64,000 nt of DNA from contig OZ024746.1 of NCBI GenBank assembly GCA_964016885.1, forward strand, positions 11,346,001-11,410,000. The letters are read 5' to 3'. A program made the translations under genes and the position numbers. Below, piece by piece: positions 52,214-64,000 of the stretch. Origin of the DNA: Eledone cirrhosa (taxonomy: Eukaryota). The notes under the pieces were generated by a model that was not told where the DNA came from, searched no databases, and was given only the letters and a program-made list of their open reading frames with translations. The stretch's first letter is position 1; every line of letters starts with the position of its first letter.

Positions 52214-55200
52214 GTTGTGTTGGTGCCATAATAAAATGCCTGCTGCCCATGCAGTAAAGTGGTAGTGTTAGTTCCATAATAAAATGCCCCCTGCCCACAC
52301 AGTAAAGTGGTAGTGTTGGTGCCATAATAAAATGCCCCCTGCCCACACAGTAAAGTGGTAATGTTGGTGCCATAATAAAATGCCCCCTGTCCACACAGTA
52401 AAGTGGTAGTGTTGGTGCCATAATAAAATGCCCCCTGCCCACACAGTAAAGTGGTAGTGTTGGTGCCATAATAAAATGCCTCCTGCCCATTCAGTAAAGT
52501 GGTAGTGTTGGTGCCATAATAAAATGCCCCCTGCCCACACAGTAAAGTGGTAATGTTGGTGCCATAATAAAATGCCCCCTGTCCACACAGTAAAGTGGTA
52601 GTGTTGGTGCCATAATAAAATGCCCCCTGCCCACACAGTAAAGTGGTAGTGTTGGTGCCATAATAAAATGCTCCCTGCCCACACAGTAAAGTGGTAGTGT
52701 TGGTGCCATAATAAAATGCCCCCTGCCCACACAGTAAAGTGGTAGTGTTGGTGCCATAATAAAATGCCTGCTGCCCATGCAGTAAAGTGGTAGTGTTGGT
52801 GCCATAATAAAATGCCCCCTGCCCACACAGTAAAGTGGTAATGTTGGTGCCATAATAAAATGCCCCCTGTCCACACAGTAAAGTGGTAGTGTTGGTGCCA
52901 TAATAAAATGCCCCCTGCCCACACAGTAAAGTGGTAGTATTGGTGCCATAATAAAATGCCTGCTGCCCATGCAGTAAAGTGGTAGTGTTGGTGCCATAAT
53001 AAAATGCCCCCTGCCCACACAGTAAAGTGATAGTGTTGGTGCCATAATAAAATGCTCCCTGCCCACACAGTAAAGTGGTAGTGTTGGTGCCATAATAAAA
53101 TGCCCCCTGTCCACACAGTAAAGTGGTAGTGTTGGTGCCATAATAAAATGCTCCCTGCCCACACAGTAAAGTGGTAGTGTTGGTGCCATAATAAAATGCT
53201 CCCTGCCCACACAGTAAAGTGGTAGTGTTGGTGCCATAATAAAATGCCCCCTGCCCACACAGTAAAGTGGTAGTGTTGGTGCCATAATAAAATGCCTCCT
53301 GCCCATGCAGTAAAGTGGTAGTGTTGGTGCCATAATAAAATGCCCCCTGCCCACACAGTAAAGTGGTAGTGTTGGTGCCATAATAAAATGCTCCCTGCCC
53401 ACACAGTAAAGTGGTAGTGTTGGTGCCATAATAAAATGCTCCCTGCCCACACAGTAAAGTGGTAGTGTTGGTGCCATAATAAAATGCCCCCTGCCCACAC
53501 AGTAAAGTGGTAGTGTTGGTGCCATAATAAAATGCCTGCTGCCCATGCAGTAAAGTGGTAGTGTTGGTGCCATAATAAAATGCCCCCTGCCCACACAGTA
53601 AAGTGGTAATGTTGGTGCCATAATAAAATGCTCCCTGCCCACACAGTAAAGTGGTAGTGTTGGTGCCATAATAAAATGCCCCCTGTCCACACAGTAAAGT
53701 GGTAGTGTTGGTGCCATAATAAAATGCTCCCTGCCCACACAGTAAAGTGGTAGTGTTGGTGCCATAATAAAATGCTCCCTGCCCACACAGTAAAGTGGTA
53801 GTGTTGGTGCCATAATAAAATGCCCCCTGCCCACACAGTAAAGTGGTAGTGTTGGTGCCATAATAAAATGCCCCCTGCCCACACAGTAAAGTGGTAGTGT
53901 TGGTGCCATAATAAAATGCCTCCTGCCCATGCAGTAAAGTGGTAGTGTTGGTGCCATGATACAAAGAACCTGGTACCCACCGTAAAGTGGTAGTGTTGGT
54001 GCCATAATAAAATGCCCCCTGCCCACACAGTAAAGTGGTAGTGTTGGTGCCATAATAAAATGCTCCCTGCCCACACAGTAAAGTGGTAGTGTTGGTGCCA
54101 TGATACAAAGAACCTGGTACCCACCGTAAAGTGGTAGTGTTGGTGCCATAATAAAATGCCCCCTGCCCACACAGTAAAGTGGTAGTGTTGGTGCCATAAT
54201 AAAATGCCTCCTGCCCATGCAGTAAAGTGGTAGTGTTGGTGCCATAATAAAATGCCCCCTGCCCACACAGTAAAGTGGTAATGTTGGTGCCATAATAAAA
54301 TGCCCCCTGTCCACACAGTAAAGTGGTAGTGTTGGTGCCATAATAAAATGCCCCCTGCCCACACAGTAAAGTGGTAGTGTTGGTGCCATAATAAAATGCC
54401 TGCTGCCCATGCAGTAAAGTGGTAGTGTTGGTGCCATAATAAAATGCCCCCTGTCCACACAGTAAAGTGGTAGTGTTGGTGCCATAATAAAATGCTCCCT
54501 GCCCACACAGTAAAGTGGTAGTGTTGGTGCCATAATAAAATGCTCCCTGCCCACACAGTAAAGTGGTAGTGTTGGTGCCATAATAAAATGCCCCCTGCCC
54601 ACACAGTAAAGTGGTAGTGTTGGTGCCATAATAAAATGCCTCCTGCCCATGCAGTAAAGTGGTAGTGTTGGTGCCATAATAAAATGCCCCCTGCCCACAC
54701 AGTAAAGTGGTAGTGTTGGTGCCATAATAAAATGCCTGCTGCCCATGCAGTAAAGTGGTAGTGTTGGTGCCATAATAAAATGCCCCCTGCCCACACAGTA
54801 AAGTGGTAGTGTTGGTGCCATAATAAAATGCTCCCTGCCCACACAGTAAAGTGGTAGTGTTGGTGCCATAATAAAATGCCCCCTGTCCACACAGTAAAGT
54901 GGTAGTGTTGGTGCCATAATAAAATGCTCCCTGCCCACACAGTAAAGTGGTAGTGTTGGTGCCATAATAAAATGCTCCCTGCCCACACAGTAAAGTGGTA
55001 GTGTTGGTGCCATAATAAAATACCCCCTGTCCACACAGTAAAGTGGTAGTGTTGGTGCCATAATAAAATGCCTCCTGCCCATGTAGTAAAGTGGTAGTGT
55101 TGGTGCCATGATACAAAGAACCTGGTACCCACCGTAAAGTGGTAGTGTTGGTGCCATAATAAAATGCCCCCTGCCCACACAGTAAAGTGGTAGTGTTGGT

Positions 55201-55432
55201 GCCATAATAAAATGCTCCCTGCCCACACAGTAAAGTGGTAGTGTTGGTGCCATGATACAAAGAACCTGGTACCCACCGTAAAGTGGTAGTGTTGGTGCCA
55301 TAATAAAATGCCCCCTGCCCACACAGTAAAGTGGTAGTGTTGGTGCCATAATAAAATGCCTCCTGCCCATGCAGTAAAGTGGTAGTGTTGGTGCCATGAT
55401 ACAAAGAACCTGGTACCCACCGTAAAGTGGTT
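52214..55432. repeat. 48-bp minisatellite, about 67 units
   Basis: Unit AGTAAAGTGGTAGTGTTGGTGCCATAATAAAATGCCCCCTGCCCACAC, with recurrent variants. Confidence 0.98.
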
Positions 55433-56411
55433 AGCGTTAGGAAAGGTATCCAGCTGTAGAAGTCAAACCCAAAATGGAATGTATGAGCAAGACGTGGTTA
55501 CATGATCCATCTGTTTTTATTGGACACATGACCCGCCCAAAGTATAACTAACAATATATATATTTATGTGTTTGTATATATATATATATGTGTCCTCATC
55601 ATCATCACCGTTTAACGTTCATTTGTCCACGCCGGGATGGGTTAGACGAGTTATGTGAGCAATGTTAGGTCAGGTGACCATGTCATGCTCATACAGAATC
55701 GATTTGGGCTTGGTTTCTACAGCTGGATGTACTTCCTAGCGCCAACCTGATTTTCAATGAGTACTGGGTGTTTTTTGCCGTGTCGCCATCACGACCACTT
55801 GACAGTGTGGGCGGGCGCTTTTTGTCGTGTCGCCTATTTTTATCTTTCATCATGAACCCTAATAATTTTGGTGTGAAGATAAAAAGCGAGAGGTAACATA
55901 CACGCTCTCTAGGGCATTAACAACTCCAGTATATCGCACCTGGCAAACTTAATTCGCTTCCTGCTTAAAAACAATTGCATAAAATAAAATGCTACCACCT
56001 GGCAATTAAAAAATAAAAAGTAAAGATGCGAAAGATAATGTAGTTATGGATATATCATGACTGGGTGAAAAAAGTCGGGTTGGTTATGGCTGGAACGCCT
56101 TCGATCAAGCCCGACCTAGGGCTAAACAAGCTAAATTATAGTTATCTTTAGACAATGCTAAATTCCGATACTGGTTACTTGCACTTTCCCCACTTCTTCT
56201 CCATTACACCCTCTCTCTCCACCACTTTTCCTTGTACCCTCTCCTCTTCTCTCTATCCCCTCACTTACTCTCTCTTTCCATCTTCCTTTCCCGCTTTCTA
56301 ACAAGAAAGTAATTCAGCAGTTACTTCCCTTCTGTTAATTCTCTCCAGTTGAGAGAACGTAAGCTGATTACTTATAACTTGTCGCCGTAATCCTGACTGA
56401 TTCTCGGTGAA

Positions 56412-56666
56412 ATGGAGACATTGCTCGTTTGGGGAATATTTGGCTTACTGTTGGGTATTCTACTTTCTATTTTCGCTCTTCTGGTTTACTCTGGTCTCTT
56501 CTATAATATCCAGATTTCTACAGGGAGACCTCCTATCGGCGAAATTGTTGTTGCGTACAAGTTCGCTCGTGGACCGTACAAAGACGCAGGCCATCTATTC
56601 TGTGAAGTCGTTCGATTAGCACCTTACAAAAAAACTATTGGCATTTACTACGATGATCCAAAACAA
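56412..56666 (+). CDS. TEX264: TEX264-like ER-phagy receptor, first coding exon (remaining exons not found in window)
   Basis: An N-terminal hydrophobic anchor is followed by YSGL...GRPPIGEIVVAYKFARGPY...GIYYDDPKQ, matching the TEX264 N-terminus (YSGL..GSPP...VAYKF..G.Y...YYDNP) as recalled. GT donor at 56667 (phase 0). Confidence 0.85.
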
Positions 56667-59315
56667 GTAAATAACCATTCTATTTATCTTTCTATTTCGT
56701 AACAGCACGTTTGATGGTGTTGTTCTTGTTGCTGCTGCTGATAAATGACCTTTTCTTATATCAACTCTTAGTTTGAATTAAAAATATAAACACCATTATA
56801 GTGTATATATATATACATATATATATATCTAATATATATATTATATTATATCTAATATATATATATATAATTATACATATAATTATATATTTAATATATC
56901 TATACAATATATATTTTCATATATACACACACATCGTATGTTGTTTTAACAAGCGAAAGACAAAGTACTTAATACATATAGAGTATGTTTATTTGTACGC
57001 AGCTATGTGATCCATTCCGTCGTTACTCGGAGTTTCTCGATCTATGCAGTCTTTCAGGCAACAATTAAAATTCATTTCTTTTGTCGCCTTGATTGAAAAA
57101 CTCAGATTAACAAGGATGTGAATCCCTAGCTTTGTATATACACACACACACATATGTGTGTGTGTGTATAAACTAACATACATGTGTGTTGGTTTATATA
57201 GTTCATAATGTCGTAAATTGACTGATGTTTACAAAGGAGGGGAGTTTCCCTTCTTTACAATCTCGTTTCTTATTCTCATTGCCTTTATTTCGTAACCTGT
57301 ATTATTATTCCCACATCTCTCTCTCTCTATCTCTCTCTCCCTCTCTCTCTCGCTTAATTCTGTTCGAGTTGTGAAATAATCTTGTATGTATTTTTAGCAT
57401 CGCATTTGCTGTCAACTCAGAAGTCGGCTGTCAGTTGCACACTTTGTGAAAACTAAATAGCTAATTGTCTTAATCGATTTCAAGTGAAAATTCCCATACT
57501 GTTCTGCTATCCTCCTCCACCCCATCTCTGAAATGAAGCTTCAAAGCTTCAAATATCTGTTGGTGGGTACAAATATACATACATATAGTTAAATTGTGTA
57601 TGTGTGTATACATACACATAGATAGAGTGTATACATGTATGTATATAAATATATATATATATGTGTGTGTGCGCGTGTATGTATATATGAGTGTATACAT
57701 ATAATACACACATATATATATATGTGTGTGATCATTTCATCGGTTTAGACACTCGCTATTATAGTTTTCCCAGCCTTTCATTGCCTCCAGAGAAAAATGA
57801 AAACGAAAGCTCGCTTACGATCATTATATATTTTGGACCCGTTTATCCTTACGGAGTCGATAAAATAAAGTACCAGTAATGTACTGGGTAATTGCTGGCC
57901 TTGTGCCAATAGTAGAAACAATTATATATTTTGGATCATTCAATCAGCTGTATCAGTTTTTTCTACAAAAACATCAAGTGCCCTATAAAAATGATAATTG
58001 TTGTTGTTTTCATCATCATCACCACCATCGTCATGACTAACGTCGACATTTGCTAGAAGCACAAAAAATATTAGACATACAGGAATGGGGGTGTGACGTA
58101 TACATAAACACGGTTGCGGATTATAAATTTATATATACACTAGTGTTTGGGGAATTGTTCGGTTAAGCAAATAACGAACATCACTAAAATATATAATTTT
58201 ATATTTATATACTAAAGTAGCAATGTATGAAAACTCTTATTTTAATATATATTATTTATTTATTTTAGGCAAGCCCTATATTGATTGAATCAGTCACATC
58301 ACCGTTTTCTTTCTGTGTGAGAGAACGTGTTGGAATACGAATGACGGTTAGATCTAAATGTCTAACCCAGTTCTGAACGTATATTGTTAAATTCTACAAA
58401 TCCTCTACTTCGTTGCTCATTCCTTTTCAATACGTCTCTTTAATTGCATTGGGTTCTTTGCTGAACTGTACATGTGTGTGAGAAAGTGTGTGTCTGTGTA
58501 CGTCATAAATTATTACAATTGATTCTTTGAGAAGATCGTTATTTTATTGATGTAATGACTGGTTTTCGTAATCTACCTTGTTTAACCACTCACACACACA
58601 CACACACATATATAGATAGATAGATTTTATTAATTGCCCGTTAATTTGGGGCATAGGTAAAAACTTGTCGCTTTTTTTAGATACTAGAGGGGACGAAAGA
58701 TAGAGATGCAAAGCCTCAGATATAACGAGACTAAAGTAATATTAGTGTCTTTGAAATGTTATAGGTTGGGATTTGAAAACATGGACGAGCTGGAGTTTTT
58801 GGAAGTATTTAATTTTGGGGAGTTTTTTGGATTGTATGTTCACTCTCCTTCGAGACTGGATGTTACAAGACGAAAGTGGCTTTAGAATAATGTCAACAAG
58901 TTCAGAAGAGCAAAGTGTATTGTAATAGCTGTAAAAATAAACAGAGGTTACATTTCGATTGTGGATTATTTACTACTTGTAAATTGTTCGAGAAGTGATA
59001 GCCTAACAAATAAATAGCTTTTATCTTACATGCAATCTAGTGTGGATGACATGTACTTGAGGAACCTCAAAGCCTCAACAACAATCATTTTAAGGCCTTT
59101 TTGTCTGCTAAAGAAAGGGTTAGGCTTCCAGGCCCTATACTCATCATGGAGATTTTTTAAAGATAATGTGTTACAACTGGATGCCCTTCCTGGCGCCAAT
59201 CCTTTTAGTTACCTCTTACAACATGCAGAGATAAGGTGTACGTATTCTAAAATGCAAAGCTTATTATTGCTCTCACAAGCACACACTTATATACATGAAA
59301 GAAATAGATGTGACG

Positions 59316-59349
<34 letters not shown>

Positions 59350-59637
59350 TGTATACTTGGGGAGGGTCATATTTGCGTAATATTGCCAGAATTAATAACA
59401 GAACACACTCACTGTTTGGTTGGTTTTCGCTTCTCGCTGTCTTTTATATCTGCGATCTAACTTACTCGGTCCTCAATGTTGCCATTGACTGACCGACGGT
59501 CAAAAATAATACAGATACAATATAGACACAAACACATATATATAGTTTACATAATTTACATAAATCTTTCGTTGCACATCTGCAACATCGTCAGTGGTGT
59601 TATATTCTTTGTTCCTCCTGTTGTGTTGTATGTCTAC

Positions 59638-59680
<43 letters not shown>

Positions 59681-59684
59681 TCAT

Positions 59685-60875
59685 AATCATCATTGTTTAA
59701 CGTCCATTTTTCCATGCTACCGTGGGTTGGACGAGTTGTCCCATTGTGAGACAAGTCAGATCAGATGACTATATCTTGCTTATACAGAACTGTTTCTGGC
59801 TTGGTTTCTACTGCTGGATGCCCTTCCTAACACTAACCTCAATTACATTGTGGACTGGCTGCTTTTTATCGTGGCACTAAGATGACTACATTTACAGTGT
59901 CGACTGGCGGCTAGGGTAGATGAGGTGTGTGTAGTTTGGGGATTGGAACGGTAGGTCTAGGGTGGGGCACTTTAGCTGGTGAAAGGTGGAGTGTAAGCCA
60001 TGGGTGGAGGGTTGAGTGTTAGGACGTGAAAGTATATGAAAGTGGGGAGAGAAAATGGTGCATACTATATGTATACTTCAACCCATGCACCTTGGAAGGC
60101 AGGTCTTATGCATTACTGTATAATGCCAGAGATCTCTATCCTGTGTCATTGCTTTTGAGAGGTGCAACTGTGCAAGTTGAGCTTTTATCACCTTATCCCA
60201 AGCCTTCCTAGGTCTTCCTACTCCATAGCTTCCATCAACTTTGAGCACCCTGCACCTTTTTATACAGCTGTCATCCTTCATACGCATCACACATCCATAC
60301 CAATGCAATCTCCTCTCCTTCACACTGCATCTGGTCCCTCTTATGCCCAGTTTCTCTCTCAGTTCATTTACGCTTTGTTCATGTATTTCACATCCATCGG
60401 AGCATGCAAGCTTCATTTCTTTCCACACTGTCCAGGCCTCACTACCATGTAACATTGCTGTTTGTATGCAATCTGCCCTTCATTTTGAGAGGAAAATCTT
60501 TTGTAGTTAGCAGCGGTAGTAGCTCCCTGAACTTTTTCCAACCCGTTCTCACTCTGGCTACTGTACTTTCGGAACACCCACCTCCACTGCTAATTTGGTC
60601 ACCCAGATAACAAAAGCTGTCAACTGCTTCTCTGGAACCTTCCAAGAATTTGATAACGCCTGTTTCCTGCTCCTGTGCAGCCACCCTGTGTAAAATCTAC
60701 ATTCTTAGCTAGCCTACCTGAGATACTACTACTTTCTTGTGTATCCATATTTTGCATTTGAAACAGGATGTAATTTCTACTTACTCATTTCCTACACACT
60801 GAGCAAGGTCATTTCTCTGGGCTTTGTTTTCCTTTCTACTTACTACGTATTTAGCCTTTGCCAAGTTGACTTTAA
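59685..60875 (-). mobile_element. Decayed RTE-clade LINE 3' portion with 3' UTR and (CAT)n-type end
   Basis: Translates to VDSFCYLGDQISSGGGCSES..ARVRTGWKKFRELLPLL, MLHGSEAW and RRLHWYGCVMRM...GRPRKAW. Confidence 0.8.
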
Positions 60876-61238
60876 GACCTTTTGATTCTAGGTTGTATAC
60901 TTACACACACACACACATATTGAACAGCACAATATCTTTGATGTAAATATACTGAACTGTTAGTCACCTGAACTTTAATGTTATTTAACACACAGGAACA
61001 AATCACTATTTAAATTCAAAATATTAACTCAATACAAACAAGGCATGATGGAGAAACATCACAGCAAACTAGAAGTAGAAAATCTAAATATTAATGACCT
61101 GATAAATTCTTTCAGCCATTCTCTAGAACCAGTTGAATGCTAAGTAAAATGAAGCGATGAAGATAGGAAAGCATAGTAGCCAGAGTAAGAATAAATTGAA
61201 AAAATTTCAAGGAACAAATCCTTGGCAGGCAACAAAGG

Positions 61239-61316
<78 letters not shown>

Positions 61317-62221
61317 AGAGCAGGTTGTTGTATGATGGTTGTTTACGAAATGTGATGGTGTGTGAAGGCTGAAAAGAAATAAGGCGAGCATGCTCTGCTG
61401 CATGTATAATTATTTGTATACGAACATAGTGCAAATTGCTGAGAGAAATGGTGGGTTTAAGATGTTGTGTGCTACAGAGAAGATTAGAATGGTGTGGGCA
61501 TGTAATGCTTTTGGGTAAAGAAGTGTCAAGTCATCCAAATAGAAACTAAAAGAGAAAGAGGGGGAAAGACATGGTGAAAGCTGATCTCAGCATCCTGAAT
61601 CTCACATAGGAGATAAGTGTTGAGATGCTCTGCTGATGAAGATTCACCTAACCCATGCTAGCAAAGGAAAGTGCAACATTTGTTCAAGCTCTTTACATTT
61701 TAAGTTCCCAATCTCACCAAGGTCAACTTTACCTTTCACCCTTCTCTGGTCAATAAAATAAAGTACCAGTCATATACTGGGATTCAATTTAATCGACTTA
61801 CCTCTTCCCCCAAATTGCTGGACTTGTGCCTCAATTAGAAACTATTGTTATTATTTCTACTATTGGGCAGTGGATTGGCAGTATCAGTAGTTCATCGGAC
61901 AACATGCTTTGTTGCTTATAGTTACATCCCTTTACTTTCTGAGTTCAAATCCCACCTAGGTTAGCTTTGGCTTTCATCCTTATGGGGGGGGGGGGGGGGG
62001 GTCGATAAAATAAAGTACCAGTAATGCACTGGGGTCGATTTAATCAACTTTCCCCTCCTCCCATATTTGTTGGCCTTGTGCCTAAATCTACTATTACTAC
62101 ATTAAGTCTTCTTAATTGACTCATATTCAATCCCTAATGAATTTGAGTCATTAGTGTTGTGCTTGGTTGTTTTGTGACTCCTTGAGCTGAAATAACTGTT
62201 CCTTATTTTAAATATTCTAGT

Positions 62222-62630
62222 TTAACCCTTTAACATTCACATTATTCTATATTTACTATTGTATTTTCATGTTAAAGGCTTTACCTCACATAACATTCAC
62301 ATTACTCTATATTTACTATTGTATTTTCATGTTAAAGGCTTTACCTCACATAACATTCACATTACTCTATATTTACTATTGTATTTTCATGTTAAAGGCT
62401 TTACCTCACATAACATTCACATTACTCTATATTTACTATTGTATTTTCATGTTAAAGGCTTTACCTCACATAATTATCTCACTTAATATCGAATCTATGA
62501 GATTTTGATATTATTTATTTTGAGAAGAATACCTTAACATCAGTATGAGTGGCGGGTTATAGCTGGTTTAAACAGAAAGAGGTGAGAGAATTCTAGCCGG
62601 ATATGGCCGGTTTAAATGCTAAAAGGTTAA
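62222..62630. mobile_element. piggyBac-type MITE with internal 4x 60-bp tandem repeat
   Basis: TTAA-CCCTTTA...TAAAAGG-TTAA termini. The 60-bp unit spans 62231-62470. Relatives are at 46926-47141, 49557-49721 and about 50125-50329. Confidence 0.7.
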
Positions 62631-62693
62631 ATATTTTCCACATAACTTATGTAGCAGTGTGTAAAGTTGGATTCAGGAGAGAAGTCCCAGATT

Positions 62694-64000
62694 CTAGATG
62701 TCAACCCTGTGGTTATGTTTGGAGTATATAATGTTCCAGATGTCCGCCCTGTGGTTATATGTTTGGAGTATATAATGTCCCAGATGTCCACCCTGTGGTT
62801 ATGTTTGGAGTATATAATGTTCCAGATGTCCACCCTGTGGTTATGTGTTTGGAGTATATAATGTTCCAGATGTCCACCCTGTGGTTATGTTTGGAGTATA
62901 TAATGTTCCAGATGTCAACCCTGTGGTTATATGTTTGGAGTATATAATGTTCCAGATGTCCACCCTGTGGTTATGTGTTTGGAGTATATAATGTTCCAGA
63001 TGTCGACCCTGTGGTTATATGTTTGGAGTATATAATGTTCCAGATGTCCACCCTGTGGTTATATGTTTGGAGTATATAATGTTCCAGATGTCAACCCTGT
63101 GGTTATGTTTGGAGTATATAATGTTCCAGATGTCAACCCTGTGGTTATATGTTTGGAGTATATAATGTTCCAGATGTCCACCCTGTGGTTATATGTTTGG
63201 AGTATATAATGTTCCAGATGTCAACCCTCTGGTTATATGTTTGGAGTATATAATGTTCCAGATGTCAACCCTCTGGTTATATGTTTGGAGTATATAATGT
63301 TCCAGATGTCAACCCTCTGGTTATATGTTTGGAGTATATAATGTTCCAGATGTCCACCCTGTGGTTATATGTTTGGAGTATATAATGTTCCAGATGTCAA
63401 CCCTCTGGTTATATGTTTGGAGTATATAATGTTCCAGATGTCAACCCTGTGGTTGTTTGGAGTATATAATGTTCCAGATGTCCACCCTGTGGTTATGTTT
63501 GGAGTATATAATGTTCCAGATGTCAACCCTGTCGTTATATGTTTGGAGTATATAATGTTCCAGATGTCCACCCTGTGGTTATATGTTTGGAGTATATAAT
63601 GTTCCAGATGTCAACCCTCTGGTTATATGTTTGAAGTATATAATGTTCCAGATGTCCACCCTGTGGTTATGTTTGGAGTATATAATGTTCCAGATGTCAA
63701 CCCTGTCATTATGTTTGGAGTATATAATGTTCCAGATGTCCACCCTGTGGTTATATGTTTGGAGTATATAATGTTCCAGATGTCCACCCTGTGGTTATGT
63801 TTGGAGTATATAATGTTCCAGATGTCAACCCTGTGGTTATGTTTGGAGTATATAATGTTCCAGATGTCCACCCTGTCGTTATATGTTTGGAGTATATAAT
63901 GTTCCAGATGTCCACCCTGTGGTTATATGTTTGGAGTATATAATGTTCCAGATGTCCACCCTGTGGTTATATGTTTGGAGTATATAATGTTCCAGATGTC
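62694..64000. repeat. 42/44-bp minisatellite, about 30 units, runs off the window
   Basis: Unit GTTCCAGATGTC(C/A)ACCCTGTGGTTAT(AT)GTTTGGAGTATATAAT. Confidence 0.97.

Noticed and set aside
52204-55420. Three ORFs of about 1000 aa on the minus strand
   Set aside because: The 48-bp unit is a multiple of 3 and nearly stop-free, so all three frames are open. The unit derives from a retroelement non-coding region.

Overview
This is AT-rich, microsatellite-saturated animal genomic DNA. The SINE and simple-repeat content suggests a cephalopod (Octopus-like) genome, which is an inference. Three protein-coding genes lie on the + strand in the right half: a two-exon, unusually divergent beta-tubulin (36359-38287), a two-exon POLR1C/RPAC1 (41715-48371) and the first coding exon of TEX264 (56412-56666). 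The rest is repeats: many copies of a short SINE, decayed R4/Dong-, Tx1- and RTE-type LINE pieces, mariner, hAT and piggyBac-type DNA elements, and several minisatellite arrays (16, 35, 48, 58, 60 and 42/44 bp units) plus (GGT)n/(ACC)n tracts. Almost all long ORFs in the track are repeat artefacts. The main non-obvious signal is a set of about 9 type-I hammerhead-ribozyme-like motifs, folded by hand, from about 5 sequence families. Most sit inside short non-coding fold-back (inverted-repeat) elements wedged into (TA)n tracts, and several share non-canonical core variants. They look like a Penelope/retrozyme-type non-autonomous system. No computation or database search was run, and repeat boundaries are approximate.
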